From a virus, in the IMG/VR virus record IMGVR_UViG_3300045999_007288, positions 1 to 64,000 of that record: a stretch of DNA of 64,000 nucleotides, one strand, 5' to 3'. A model generated the notes under the pieces. That model did no database searches, had not been told where the DNA came from, and worked only from the letters and a program-made list of their open reading frames with translations. Below, one piece after another: positions 1 through 8,745 of the stretch. Each line of letters begins with the position of its first letter. Within the stretch, counting starts at the first letter, position 1. Position numbers and translations under genes: made by a program.

Positions 1-1
1 C

Positions 2-520
2 AATCAGTATAACGGTGTAGCAGATGAGTTGCATACGCTGCAAGGTATCTTTGACAAAAAAGGCAAGATGGTTATTGATAAAAAAACCAAAGAGCCTAAG
101 GTTATTCCTAATCCCGAATGGATCTTATTTGAAAAATGTATGCGCGGTGACCCCACCGACAATGTGTTCAGTGCCTTTCCTGGTGTTCGTAAAACTAAAC
201 TAGAAGAAGCATACAACGATCGTGCCAACCGGGGGTTTGCGTGGAACAATCTCATGTTGCAATCTTGGACTGACCATAACGGTGTAGATCATAAAGTACT
301 CGACGACTATAATAGGAATCGTGTTCTAGTAGATTTAGCTGCTCAGCCCGACGATATTAAAATTAAGATTGCTGAAACCATTGCCAATGGCAGTGTGCGA
401 TTAAATCGACCAATGGTAGGAGCTCAGTTTCTAAAGTTCTGCGGTAAGTATGAACTTAATCGTTTAAGCGACAATGCCACAGCAATCAGCGATGTGTTGA
501 GTGCCAGCTATCCAGAATGA
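2..520 (+). CDS. rnh: RNase H / 5'-3' flap exonuclease (T4 rnh-like), C-terminal part; 5' end lies outside the window
   Basis: Frame is open from base 2. The H3TH motif KCMRGDPTDNVFSAFPGV and YNRNRVLVDL are typical of the T4 RNase H/FEN family. Confidence 0.8.
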   Translation, partial: NQYNGVADELHTLQGIFDKKGKMVIDKKTKEPKVIPNPEWILFEKCMRGDPTDNVFSAFPGVRKTKLEEAYNDRANRGFAWNNLMLQSWTDHNGVDHKVLDDYNRNRVLVDLAAQPDDIKIKIAETIANGSVRLNRPMVGAQFLKFCGKYELNRLSDNATAISDVLSASYPE

Positions 521-732
521 TTAATATACAAGAATTATTAGATCAAGAAGCCGACTTAGCCAATACAGGACAAGCAGATAGTGAAGAAAGAAAAAAGATT
601 CATACGCTAATAAGACTTGCAAGAAATGAAGAAGTTCGCCCTCATTGTTTCGGTGACGATGACTGTTCTACTAGAATTTTATCCATGTGCCCATGGCGAA
701 TAGATTGCGGAGAAAATCAAAATTATGAATAA
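517..732 (+). CDS. hypothetical protein with Cys-rich C-terminus
   Basis: ATGA overlap with the upstream gene; C-terminus CFGDDDC..CPWRIDC. Confidence 0.6.
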   Translation: MINIQELLDQEADLANTGQADSEERKKIHTLIRLARNEEVRPHCFGDDDCSTRILSMCPWRIDCGENQNYE

Positions 733-949
733 AGAACTATTAAAGAACCTACAACTACAAGCGGGCGGTAGTCACTACCCCAGCATCAATCCAGAAATGC
801 AATTAGCGTTTGCTCGGCTAGTTGTAAACGAATGTATCGAAGCTGTTCGCAAAACAGATACGACTCATGCTTACACTACGTTTGACAAATCATTAATAGA
901 TGCTACAATTGAAAGATCTATTAAGTCAATTAAAGAAAAATTCAATTAA
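725..949 (+). CDS. hypothetical phage protein
   Basis: GGAG RBS upstream, overlaps previous ORF, FARLVVNECI motif seen in small phage proteins. Confidence 0.65.
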   Translation: MNKELLKNLQLQAGGSHYPSINPEMQLAFARLVVNECIEAVRKTDTTHAYTTFDKSLIDATIERSIKSIKEKFN

Positions 950-950
950 A

Positions 951-1187
951 ATGGCATTTAAAAATCATCAAAGCCCGTTTCGTACTTTGCGATCAAAAGA
1001 TCCCAATTTCACGCTGACAGATGGACTACTAGTTACTCCAAGGGCTGGATTTGAAATCTCGTCCGGGTGCCCTTACAATTATCGAGAAATTATTCAGGAA
1101 TGCGTTCGCCATGGTTGGCTTAAACCTGTAGCGAATGTTTACGATCACGAATTAACTTTTGACGTATTAAAGGGAGTGACACAATGA
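951..1187 (+). CDS. hypothetical protein
   Basis: In-frame ATG at 951 directly after the stop at 949 is a better start than 900. Confidence 0.65.
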   Translation: MAFKNHQSPFRTLRSKDPNFTLTDGLLVTPRAGFEISSGCPYNYREIIQECVRHGWLKPVANVYDHELTFDVLKGVTQ

Positions 1188-1570
1188 AACTTATTGATGT
1201 AATTTTAGCCGCAGAAGGACGAGTCAGTGGGGGCAGCGAATATTGCTGGCACTGCTGGGGACAGAATGCAAGGTTCATGGAATTTGCCGATATCAATGGA
1301 CAAGAATTTTGTACTGCGGTATTTGACTGTAAGACTTACGATGTCTACGATATTCAAGTCTTTGTTCCGGGATCTGACCAATGTTTTATTTGGTGGAATC
1401 CTGAATTTAAAGAAGCTCATCACAACGAATCCAAAGTTCGCAACATTGACCCTTTAAGGGCCTATAGCAATATATTTTTTACCGAAGTAGACGAAAAAAC
1501 TATTATAGAATATCTTAAAGATATAACTGCCACAGTCTACGAACATTTGCCTCTATTAGAAACTGTATGA
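1184..1570 (+). CDS. hypothetical protein
   Basis: AAGGGAG RBS and ATGA overlap. Confidence 0.7.
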   Translation: MKLIDVILAAEGRVSGGSEYCWHCWGQNARFMEFADINGQEFCTAVFDCKTYDVYDIQVFVPGSDQCFIWWNPEFKEAHHNESKVRNIDPLRAYSNIFFTEVDEKTIIEYLKDITATVYEHLPLLETV

Positions 1571-1725
1571 AGTCATTTAGGAATTGGCTTAAAGATTTAT
1601 GGTATGAAAATCGAGAAGAACGTGCTTCTTGGGGAAACCCGGCTTTATCTTTAAAAGAATATTTTAATCAGTATAAATGGTGGCTGCGTCGAGAATATAG
1701 ATTCCAACAAAGGAATAACAAATGA
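1567..1725 (+). CDS. small hypothetical protein, 52 aa (MKSFRNWLKDLWYENREE...YKWWLRREYRFQQRNNK), absent from the ORF track
   Basis: Manually translated; fills the gap exactly with ATGA overlaps at both ends. Confidence 0.7.
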   Translation: MKSFRNWLKDLWYENREERASWGNPALSLKEYFNQYKWWLRREYRFQQRNNK

Positions 1726-2090
1726 TTGAAACTTTTATTTTTATTCTTGTTTTGTTACAAATCAAACACTGGTACATAGATTTTGTAAACCAAAATGATG
1801 AAGAAGTAAAACACAAAGGCATTTATCTCGACTGGCGAGGAGTTAAGCACAGTCTTAAGCACGGCATTGGGACTTTTGCTTGTTTATGGGCAGTAACCGG
1901 TTGGAGAACTATCGAGTTTGCATTTTTTATCGGCGTGCTAGATTTTATCTTGCATTATCATATCGACTGGGCAAAGATGAACTATGGTAATCGAGATATT
2001 ACCACTCCTCAGTTTTGGAATCATCTGGGACTAGATCAAATGGCACATCAACTTTGCTATATCGCATTCGCGGGACTTACAGTATTATGA
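1722..2090 (+). CDS. DUF3307-like membrane protein
   Basis: Hydrophobic segments with HW.IDF..Q, HS..H, HY.ID..K and DQ.AH motifs; AAGGA RBS. Confidence 0.7.
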   Translation: MIETFIFILVLLQIKHWYIDFVNQNDEEVKHKGIYLDWRGVKHSLKHGIGTFACLWAVTGWRTIEFAFFIGVLDFILHYHIDWAKMNYGNRDITTPQFWNHLGLDQMAHQLCYIAFAGLTVL

Positions 2091-2557
2091 ATGAATTAAT
2101 TGCTCGACCTATTATTAAAAACAAATATTGGATTGTAGAGTCAGAAGGCAATAAAGTTGCCACTATACAAGCTGTTGAAGACGGTGGTTTTGTGTATGTT
2201 TACAACAACGCACGTGAACGTTTTACTACAATTAAACTACTAAGCAAAGCTCGCAATGTGATCTTTGACAGTGCTGTAAAAAAAGAAAAACTTACACCAG
2301 AATATCATGAAGTATACGGTTACCCCGTAAGTAATAAACCATGGAATCTACTTTGGGACGTTAAGCACCAGTTTCCCATTTATACAAAAACCAACAAAAG
2401 TAAAAGTTATTATTGCGCTGGTTATTATATTATTAAATTTAATAATGGGTGGGTCAAAAGTTATTGTCCAAAATTTATTACATTAAACCGCTACGATTTT
2501 CAAGGTCCGTTTAAAACTAAAACAGACATGCAGGATGCACTAAAGGCGGTAAAATAA
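2087..2557 (+). CDS. hypothetical phage protein
   Basis: In-frame ATG at 2087 overlaps the upstream stop (ATGA). Confidence 0.7.
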   Translation: MNELIARPIIKNKYWIVESEGNKVATIQAVEDGGFVYVYNNARERFTTIKLLSKARNVIFDSAVKKEKLTPEYHEVYGYPVSNKPWNLLWDVKHQFPIYTKTNKSKSYYCAGYYIIKFNNGWVKSYCPKFITLNRYDFQGPFKTKTDMQDALKAVK

Positions 2558-2787
2558 TGAATGACACTAATTTAAGTCTGCATTTAAAAAATTTCAACGA
2601 CAAAGTTAAATTAATGAATCAGACCGGTGGAAGAAATCTTATGCTAACTGCTAACGAAGCAAGAAGTCTTCATTCCGATTTGTTTGATTTGCTAAATCAT
2701 TGTTCCACATTAAGCAAACAACTTGCAGCAGCAAAATCAGGGGATTCAGTAATCAGTATTGCTGTAGATGGGGGTGGATTTAAATAA
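2557..2787 (+). CDS. hypothetical protein
   Basis: TAATG coupling; ends in VDGGGF. Confidence 0.65.
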   Translation: MNDTNLSLHLKNFNDKVKLMNQTGGRNLMLTANEARSLHSDLFDLLNHCSTLSKQLAAAKSGDSVISIAVDGGGFK

Positions 2788-2829
2788 TCTACGTACATTA
2801 AGAGATAAATATTATTAGTTGATAAATCT

Positions 2830-3117
2830 ATGAGCAGACCTAAACCAAATGTATTAATCGAACATGTAAATAAATCTACCTACAAGAGTGAGCAAATTCT
2901 CAGTAGCGAAGGCATTTGGGCAGTATTTTATGATAATCAACCAATCAATTTGAAAAGCGGTAATATGCTAGTCAATTATCCAGGTCCTAAATATAAAAAG
3001 ACTTCGTTCTCAAATAAGGGACATGCCATTAATCTTTGCAAAAAACTAAACACTTTATTCAAAACAGATTTATTCTCTGTGGTATTAATGAAAAGTGGTA
3101 ACAAAATCTACCCTTAA
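2830..3117 (+). CDS. hypothetical phage protein
   Basis: Follows a GATAAATA late-promoter-like motif at 2804-2811. Confidence 0.7.
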   Translation: MSRPKPNVLIEHVNKSTYKSEQILSSEGIWAVFYDNQPINLKSGNMLVNYPGPKYKKTSFSNKGHAINLCKKLNTLFKTDLFSVVLMKSGNKIYP

Positions 3118-3469
3118 ACGATTTACACAAACTCAGCTGACTCAGATGTTTGCTGAAATGTCAAAGCAACATCCCAGTAAGTTAAGTTACATTATTTGGA
3201 ATAATCCCAAAGATCCCGCTAGTCTAAGATTAAGCCTTGCAGGATTTAAATTTCTCTCCACAGATCTCAAATTAAAATCCTATAAGTTTGAATTTGATCA
3301 ACCGTTGGCCAATAAACATTTACTTCAACTTGAGCGATTCTTTCAAGGTATGTATTACCTTATCGGTGCCCATAAAATTGTAGTTTTCGACGAGCAAGAA
3401 GCTGCCATGTTAAGCCTTATGGACGGCGATCTCAAAAAATACCTAGCTAATCTAGAAAATAATACTTAA
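3095..3469 (+). CDS. hypothetical protein (start uncertain)
   Basis: Open frame tiling with neighbours. Confidence 0.6.
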   Translation: MVTKSTLKRFTQTQLTQMFAEMSKQHPSKLSYIIWNNPKDPASLRLSLAGFKFLSTDLKLKSYKFEFDQPLANKHLLQLERFFQGMYYLIGAHKIVVFDEQEAAMLSLMDGDLKKYLANLENNT

Positions 3470-3482
3470 TTAGTACTACAAT

Positions 3483-3540
3483 TGTTGTAAAAATACAACA
3501 AAAATTTTGGTTGCTCGAAAATCTCAATTTTGCTATAATA
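3483..3540 (+). promoter_or_regulatory. early sigma70-type promoter cassette 1 with upstream palindrome
   Basis: TGTTGTA-AAAA-TACAACA (3483-3500); -35 TTGCTC 3511-3516; 17-nt spacer; extended -10 TGcTATAAT (TATAAT 3534-3539). Confidence 0.75.
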
Positions 3541-3569
3541 TTGATATTGTAGTTAACAAGGAGTTCAAG

Positions 3570-3854
3570 TTGAACCAATTGACCCAGATTCAGCAAGTTA
3601 ATCAAGCTATTATGTTTGGCGATTTTACCGACACCGAACTGACCAGCATTCTTAGTGCCGTACAATTTGCCAAGTCTCAACTTCGTAAAGATAAAATTCG
3701 TTCTATCAAGTTGGGCGATAATGTTCGTTTTACTAGTACTAAACGCGGTATGACTATCACTGGCACTGTAGACAAGATTGCTATTAAATTTGTAACAGTT
3801 CGTAGTCCGCAGGGCCTGTGGAAAGTGCCTGCTAACATGCTGGAAGTTGTTTAA
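3570..3854 (+). CDS. early hypothetical protein with possible SH3/KOW-like C-terminus
   Basis: AAGGAG RBS at 3558-3563 before an in-frame TTG at 3570; IKLGDNVRF..GTV..I..K.V.V...W.VP pattern. Confidence 0.65.
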   Translation: MNQLTQIQQVNQAIMFGDFTDTELTSILSAVQFAKSQLRKDKIRSIKLGDNVRFTSTKRGMTITGTVDKIAIKFVTVRSPQGLWKVPANMLEVV

Positions 3855-3902
3855 AAACAACACATTTTTTGGTTGTCCAAAAATCCCAATTTTGCTATAA
3901 TA
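3845..3902 (+). promoter_or_regulatory. early sigma70-type promoter cassette 2 (imperfect repeat of cassette 1)
   Basis: GTTGTT-TAAA-AACAAC (3846-3861); -35 TTGTCC 3873-3878; 17 nt; TATAAT 3896-3901. Confidence 0.75.
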
Positions 3903-3934
3903 GTGGCATACAGTAACAAAACGGAGTAAACGAA

Positions 3935-4360
3935 ATGGCTTATGTTTCTCAAGAACGTAAACAATCCCTGGCCCCTGCTATCAAGGCTGTCTTGAAAAAG
4001 TATGGCGTCAAAGGCTCTTTGTCAATTCGGACTCATTCGTCTTTGGTTCTGACTATCAAGTCAGGAAAGATTGATTTCATCGAAAATTTCATTGATACTG
4101 ATGCGACCAAACCCTACGCTAAACATATGTCCGGGGATGAAATTGAGCGTCTTCGTAAGAATAAATGCGTGGATGTAAACCCTTATTGGTATCATGAGCA
4201 CTTTTCAGGTAAGGCTAAAAACTTTCTGAAAGAGGTACTGGCTGCTATGAACAAAGGCAACCACGATAATTCAGACGCCATGACTGACTACTTCGATGTG
4301 GGGTGGTACGTGGACGTGAACATCGGTCGCTGGAATCAGCCCTATGTCTATGTTGCATAA
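3935..4360 (+). CDS. early hypothetical phage protein
   Basis: GGAG RBS; ends in HDNSDAMTDYFDVGWYVDVNIGRW. Confidence 0.8.
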   Translation: MAYVSQERKQSLAPAIKAVLKKYGVKGSLSIRTHSSLVLTIKSGKIDFIENFIDTDATKPYAKHMSGDEIERLRKNKCVDVNPYWYHEHFSGKAKNFLKEVLAAMNKGNHDNSDAMTDYFDVGWYVDVNIGRWNQPYVYVA

Positions 4361-4366
4361 TAACAA

Positions 4367-4395
4367 CAGACAATAATTCAAGTTTCAGATATAAT
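4367..4395 (+). promoter_or_regulatory. sigma70-type promoter for the AAA ATPase
   Basis: CAGACA-17 nt-TATAAT, followed by an AAAGGAG RBS. Confidence 0.65.
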
Positions 4396-4424
4396 ATACT
4401 TTTACATCACAAAGGAGTTTTTAA

Positions 4425-5534
4425 ATGGCTAAAGAGACTGTAACCGAAAGCCGCACTGTTACCAGCGATGGTGCTCGTCGTGCTATTCTTAAATGTTTCA
4501 AGAAAAAGCGTCCGGCTTTTCTTTGGGGCCCTCCAGGCATTGGCAAGTCTGAGGTAATCGAAGGTATTGCTCGAGATTTGGGCGGTGCGTACATCGACCT
4601 GCGTCTTGCACAGATGGAACCCACTGACCTACGCGGTATTCCATACTTCAACAAAGAGCTGGGTAAAATGGATTGGGCGCCTCCCATCGATTTGCCTGAC
4701 GAAGAGTTCGCTAAACAGTATCCCTACGTGGTCCTGTTTATGGACGAAATGAACAGCGCCGCTCCTAGCATTCAGGCAGCAGCCTATCAGCTGATTCTTA
4801 ATCGCCGAATCGGCAAATATATTTTGCCCGACAATGTTGTTATGGTTGCCGCAGGTAACCGTGAAAGCGACAAGGGTGTTACCTTCCGCATGCCTGCTCC
4901 GTTGGCAAATCGTTTCATGCATTTTGAAATGCGTGTCGACCATGGCTCATGGGAGACTTGGGCAGTTAACAACAAAATCCACAAAGACGTGGTGGGTTAC
5001 ATCGGTTTTGCTAAACAAGACCTCTACGACTTTGATCCTCGTTCTAGCTCGCGTTCGTTTGCTACTCCACGTAGCTGGACCTTCGTCAGCGAAATTCTTG
5101 AAGATGAGGACACTTCAGATTCTGAATTGATCGATTTGGTTGCAGGTGCAGTTGGCGAAGGTGTTGCAGTTAAGTTTATGGCCCATCGCAAAGTTGCAGG
5201 ACAACTGCCTAAGCCTGCAGACATTTTGTCTGGCAAGGTTACTGAACTCAAAGTAAAAGAGATCAGTGCCATGTATTCGCTGACTATTGCTATGTGCTAC
5301 GAGCTCCAAGATGTTGCCAAGAAAGAAGGCGGCAAACCTTCCGCAGAATGGCATTCAATGAGTGACAACTTCTTTAAGTTCATGATGGATAATTTTACCA
5401 CTGAGCTTACTGTTATGGGTGCTCGTGTTGCGTTGACTACTTACAACCTGCCCTTTGTTCCTGGCAAGTTGAAGAACTTTGACGAGTTCCATAAGCGTTT
5501 TGGTAAGTACATCGTGGCAGCTAGCCAGAAATAA
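4425..5534 (+). CDS. MoxR-family AAA+ ATPase
   Basis: Walker A GPPGIGKS, Walker B VLFMDEMN, sensor-1 AAGN, arginine finger PLANRF, TPRSW. Confidence 0.9.
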   Translation: MAKETVTESRTVTSDGARRAILKCFKKKRPAFLWGPPGIGKSEVIEGIARDLGGAYIDLRLAQMEPTDLRGIPYFNKELGKMDWAPPIDLPDEEFAKQYPYVVLFMDEMNSAAPSIQAAAYQLILNRRIGKYILPDNVVMVAAGNRESDKGVTFRMPAPLANRFMHFEMRVDHGSWETWAVNNKIHKDVVGYIGFAKQDLYDFDPRSSSRSFATPRSWTFVSEILEDEDTSDSELIDLVAGAVGEGVAVKFMAHRKVAGQLPKPADILSGKVTELKVKEISAMYSLTIAMCYELQDVAKKEGGKPSAEWHSMSDNFFKFMMDNFTTELTVMGARVALTTYNLPFVPGKLKNFDEFHKRFGKYIVAASQK

Positions 5535-5541
5535 AGTTAAA

Positions 5542-5580
5542 GGGAGGCAGGGTTTTACTCCTTTCACCGTAAGTCCTCCC
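5542..5580 (+). other. GC-rich stem-loop downstream of the AAA ATPase (terminator or structured RNA)
   Basis: GGGAGG (5542-5547) pairs with CCTCCC (5575-5580) and encloses TTTACTCCTTTC. Confidence 0.5.
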
Positions 5581-5588
5581 GAATTATT

Positions 5589-5888
5589 ATGAAATTTAGA
5601 CTCGACAAATTAGATGGTCGCCATAAAGGTAGTAGCCTATTTACTCATAGGGTCTTTGTGCAAGGGCCTAAATTAGAAAAATGTAAAGATTTTTTAAAAC
5701 TTAGGCAATGGTGTTGGGAAACTTGGGGCCCGAGTTGTGAGCGAGAAATTTATCTATCTCTTGCACTTAATAATATCGATGACCGACCACGTGGGTGGGC
5801 TTGGCACTACGAAGATAATTATACAGAATGTTACATCTATCTGACAGGCTCGCAGCAGTTGGAATTTTTCACACTTAAATGGTTATAA
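5589..5888 (+). CDS. small hypothetical protein, 'F.LKW' C-terminal family
   Basis: WCWETWGP motif; ends LEFFTLKWL. Confidence 0.7.
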   Translation: MKFRLDKLDGRHKGSSLFTHRVFVQGPKLEKCKDFLKLRQWCWETWGPSCEREIYLSLALNNIDDRPRGWAWHYEDNYTECYIYLTGSQQLEFFTLKWL

Positions 5889-5897
5889 AAATTACTT

Positions 5898-5926
5898 TTG
5901 ACAATAAATCCAATTTCAAATATAAT
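5898..5926 (+). promoter_or_regulatory. perfect sigma70 consensus promoter
   Basis: TTGACA 5898-5903, 17 nt, TATAAT 5921-5926; AAGGAG RBS before 5951. Confidence 0.85.
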
Positions 5927-5950
5927 ATAAGAATAAACAAGGAGTACTAA

Positions 5951-7249
5951 ATGGCTACTACATCAAGCGAAAAGAAAAGCGAACATAAACTTGCAGGTCA
6001 ATTGACTGAGAATACAGACCCTCGCCTAGACGCCACAGTGCGTGAAAAACTTGTTACTGCCCGAATTGGTCTCCTTCTTCGTGCGCCCTTTTTTGGCAAT
6101 CTTGCTACTCGCCTAAAATTGGTTAATGCAGATAGTTGGCTGGGCACTGCGGCCACCGATGGTCGTAACTTTTATTACAATACTGAATTTGTAAACAAAC
6201 TCAAACCCAAGGAAGTCGAGTTCCTTTTTGGACACGAAGTCCTACATAACGTATATGACCATATCGGCCGTACTGGCGACTTCCGTGACCGTCGCTTGTT
6301 TAACTGCGCCGCAGATTTTTGTGTAAACAGTGACCTTATCGAACAAAAGATTGGTGATAAGATTACTCCTTGCCTCTACGATCCAAAATACAAAGGTTGG
6401 AGTGCTGAAGAAGTCTACGACGACCTTTACGAAAAAGCAGAAAAAATCGACATCAGTGACCTTCTTCAGCAAGTGTTGGACGAGCACATGGACGGAGACG
6501 AGCAGTCCGACGGAGACGGTGAAGGCGAAGACGGCGATAAAAAAGGCAAAGGTCGTCCTCGCTTGAGCGAAGAAGAAAAGCGTCAGATCAAAGACGAAAT
6601 TCGTGAAGCACTGTTGCAGGCTGCTCAGGCTGTGGGCACAGGAAACTTGCCAGGTGGTGTTAAGCGTCTTATTAAAGATCTCACTAAACCCGTGGTGAAC
6701 TGGCGTGAACTGTTGCAACAACAAATTCAAAGCACCGTAAAAGATGACTTTAGCTGGATGCGTCCTAACCGTCGTGGCTGGCACATGGATGCAGTTATGC
6801 CAGGCATGAAGCCAGGCACCCAAATTGATGTCTGTGTTGCTATCGACACTTCAGGTTCTATCAGCGAAAAAGATCTTAAAGACTTCTTGAGCGAAGTTAA
6901 AGGTATCATGGAGTCCTACGACGAGTATAAGATTCGTGTTATTACATGGGATACCTCAGTGTATAACCCTGAAGAATTTACCAGTGACAACATGTCAGAT
7001 ATTACCAGCTATACTCCCGGTGGCGGCGGTGGCACTGATCCACATTGTGTTTGGGAATGGCTCAAAGACAACGACATCGAGCCTAAGAAGTTGATTATGT
7101 TTACTGACTTTTGCTTCTTCGGCTGGGATCCTGCCAGTGTTCAAGACTACTGTGACACTGTTTGGGTTATCAAAGGCAACAGAGATGCAGAGCCTGAGTT
7201 TGGTGTTTGGGCTCATTACGAAGAGGCAAAAAAACATGCTCATGCATAA
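5951..7249 (+). CDS. DUF2201-like metallopeptidase + VWA domain protein (MoxR partner)
   Basis: TAATDG, HEXXH motif HEVLH, acidic Gly linker, MIDAS DTSGS, GGGGTD, FTD. Confidence 0.85.
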   Translation: MATTSSEKKSEHKLAGQLTENTDPRLDATVREKLVTARIGLLLRAPFFGNLATRLKLVNADSWLGTAATDGRNFYYNTEFVNKLKPKEVEFLFGHEVLHNVYDHIGRTGDFRDRRLFNCAADFCVNSDLIEQKIGDKITPCLYDPKYKGWSAEEVYDDLYEKAEKIDISDLLQQVLDEHMDGDEQSDGDGEGEDGDKKGKGRPRLSEEEKRQIKDEIREALLQAAQAVGTGNLPGGVKRLIKDLTKPVVNWRELLQQQIQSTVKDDFSWMRPNRRGWHMDAVMPGMKPGTQIDVCVAIDTSGSISEKDLKDFLSEVKGIMESYDEYKIRVITWDTSVYNPEEFTSDNMSDITSYTPGGGGGTDPHCVWEWLKDNDIEPKKLIMFTDFCFFGWDPASVQDYCDTVWVIKGNRDAEPEFGVWAHYEEAKKHAHA

Positions 7250-7526
7250 AAATATTACCACCATTGACAAAGATATTGTCAATGATATTTTGGATACCAT
7301 GGCAAATGATGTATCAAAAGAAATTGATTTTGATTGTCTAGTAGAATGTCTGTCTAGTTGCGGATGGGCTATGGTAGATCTTCCGCCATTTGATAGTCGA
7401 TATAAAGTTAACGATATTGTAGATTGGGCATATCATCACTGCGGCGGCGAATTTGAAAATTTTGGTGTACGTTTTATTTTTGAAGATAAAAAGGATGCTA
7501 CGCTATTTGCGTTAAAATGGTTATAA
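7242..7526 (+). CDS. small hypothetical protein, 'F.LKW' C-terminal family (start approximate)
   Basis: Ends FIFEDKKDATLFALKWL; GAGG RBS upstream. Confidence 0.65.
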   Translation: MHKNITTIDKDIVNDILDTMANDVSKEIDFDCLVECLSSCGWAMVDLPPFDSRYKVNDIVDWAYHHCGGEFENFGVRFIFEDKKDATLFALKWL

Positions 7527-7570
7527 CATCTTACTAAGACTTAAATATTGTTAGTGTATCGAAGGTATAT

Positions 7571-7867
7571 ATGAGTCACGAACAAGACAAGCTTAAGAAC
7601 AGTAAACGTAGGTTTGAAGATGACAATGCTGTAAAAAAACAGACTAGGATTGCTAAAGAGCATGGTGCTCCAGTTACAGAGCCACACCGATTGCATAAAA
7701 AACATGCTATGGATTGTGGTAACTCAGAATGTTATCTTTGCGGCAATCCTCGAAAAATACATAAAGATAAATTAACAATACAAGAAAAAAGATTTTATCA
7801 GGACACAGACAAAGTCACCGATAGGCATAGTAACGGAATTTCCCCAAATGAAACGAATGAAAATTGA
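7571..7867 (+). CDS. hypothetical protein with a putative metal-binding H/C cluster
   Basis: HAMDCGNSECYLCGNPR; GAAGG RBS. Confidence 0.7.
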   Translation: MSHEQDKLKNSKRRFEDDNAVKKQTRIAKEHGAPVTEPHRLHKKHAMDCGNSECYLCGNPRKIHKDKLTIQEKRFYQDTDKVTDRHSNGISPNETNEN

Positions 7868-8027
7868 TCTTCGAGATGCAATGGACGAAGATGAGTTTTA
7901 CAGTAAAAATCATCGAGAAACAGACGACGACTTTTATAAGAAGTCAAATAAAAATCTGAACAACAAGAAATCGAATAAAAATCGTCATTCTCAATATCGA
8001 GACGAAGACGACAAAGAGTTTCTATAA
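7848..8027 (+). CDS. small highly charged protein, 59 aa (MKRMKIDLRDAMDEDEFY...DEDDKEFL), absent from the ORF track
   Basis: Manually translated; fills the + strand gap. Confidence 0.55.
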   Translation: MKRMKIDLRDAMDEDEFYSKNHRETDDDFYKKSNKNLNNKKSNKNRHSQYRDEDDKEFL

Positions 8028-8047
8028 AATATATTAGTGAATAAACT

Positions 8048-8275
8048 ATGAGCAAAAGAGTTGGACCTATTACCCTAGACAGTGACGCCGCGGATCGTAT
8101 CACTTTGTTAAACTTAAAAGAGTATCGCGGCTTTCTTAGAAAAGAACTTAGAGATTGGAGGAAAAATCCTTTGACAGATGATAATCCCATGGGACATTGG
8201 TTGCACCCCGAAGATGTCGCACTCAACATCCGTGTAATTGACGCACTAACTACAGTTATTAAGCAATTCGAATGA
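8048..8275 (+). CDS. hypothetical protein
   Basis: ITLDSDAADRIT...WLHPEDV; tiles with neighbours. Confidence 0.7.
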   Translation: MSKRVGPITLDSDAADRITLLNLKEYRGFLRKELRDWRKNPLTDDNPMGHWLHPEDVALNIRVIDALTTVIKQFE

Positions 8276-8745
8276 AGAAGATTTTCTACGAAAAAGTCGG
8301 CCGCAGGTATGTTCCTGTCAATGAATACGACAACGAACTCTTAGACAGTTTCCCTAAAGGTAATCATATTGTTATGTGCTACCCAGGTGGTCAGAGTCGT
8401 CGTTTTAATGTCGATCCCAACTATGCGGCCATGATTGCCGCTGGTCGTGTGGCCGAAGATGCAATGTGTACAGCAATTCGGAAGGCCAGTGAATTGCGGC
8501 CACAACGCCAACCATTAACTCCAGGTCAATTAAAGGCTTGGAAAAAACTTGCAAAAGAGTTCGGTGACGACTTAGCCACCTTGAGTATAGCCTGTTCTCG
8601 AGACATTGCAGAAGCAGGGCTTACTGCATTGCAAGAAGAAGCCGATAAACTGATGAAAAACGCAAGTGTGCGAGAAGCATATAATCAGTTCATTATGATG
8701 TGTGAACTTTGTAAAGAGCACGATGCTGAAGTACGGCGAAATTAA
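8272..8745 (+). CDS. hypothetical phage protein
   Basis: ATGA coupling; 157-aa open frame. Confidence 0.75.
   Translation: MKKIFYEKVGRRYVPVNEYDNELLDSFPKGNHIVMCYPGGQSRRFNVDPNYAAMIAAGRVAEDAMCTAIRKASELRPQRQPLTPGQLKAWKKLAKEFGDDLATLSIACSRDIAEAGLTALQEEADKLMKNASVREAYNQFIMMCELCKEHDAEVRRN

Noticed and set aside
3483-3902. The two 58-bp repeats as a CRISPR array or att sites
   Set aside because: There are only two imperfect copies separated by a whole gene, they are explained by promoter elements, and no cas or integrase gene is present.
4421-7300. Long antisense and alternate-frame ORFs (e.g. 6242-6823, 4629-4943, 6995-7300)
   Set aside because: They are shadows of strongly codon-biased real genes and lack RBSs or recognisable motifs.
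7798-8229. 143-aa minus-strand ORF
   Set aside because: It overlaps three plus-strand genes. The gap it seems to fill is better explained by the 59-aa plus-strand ORF at 7848-8027.
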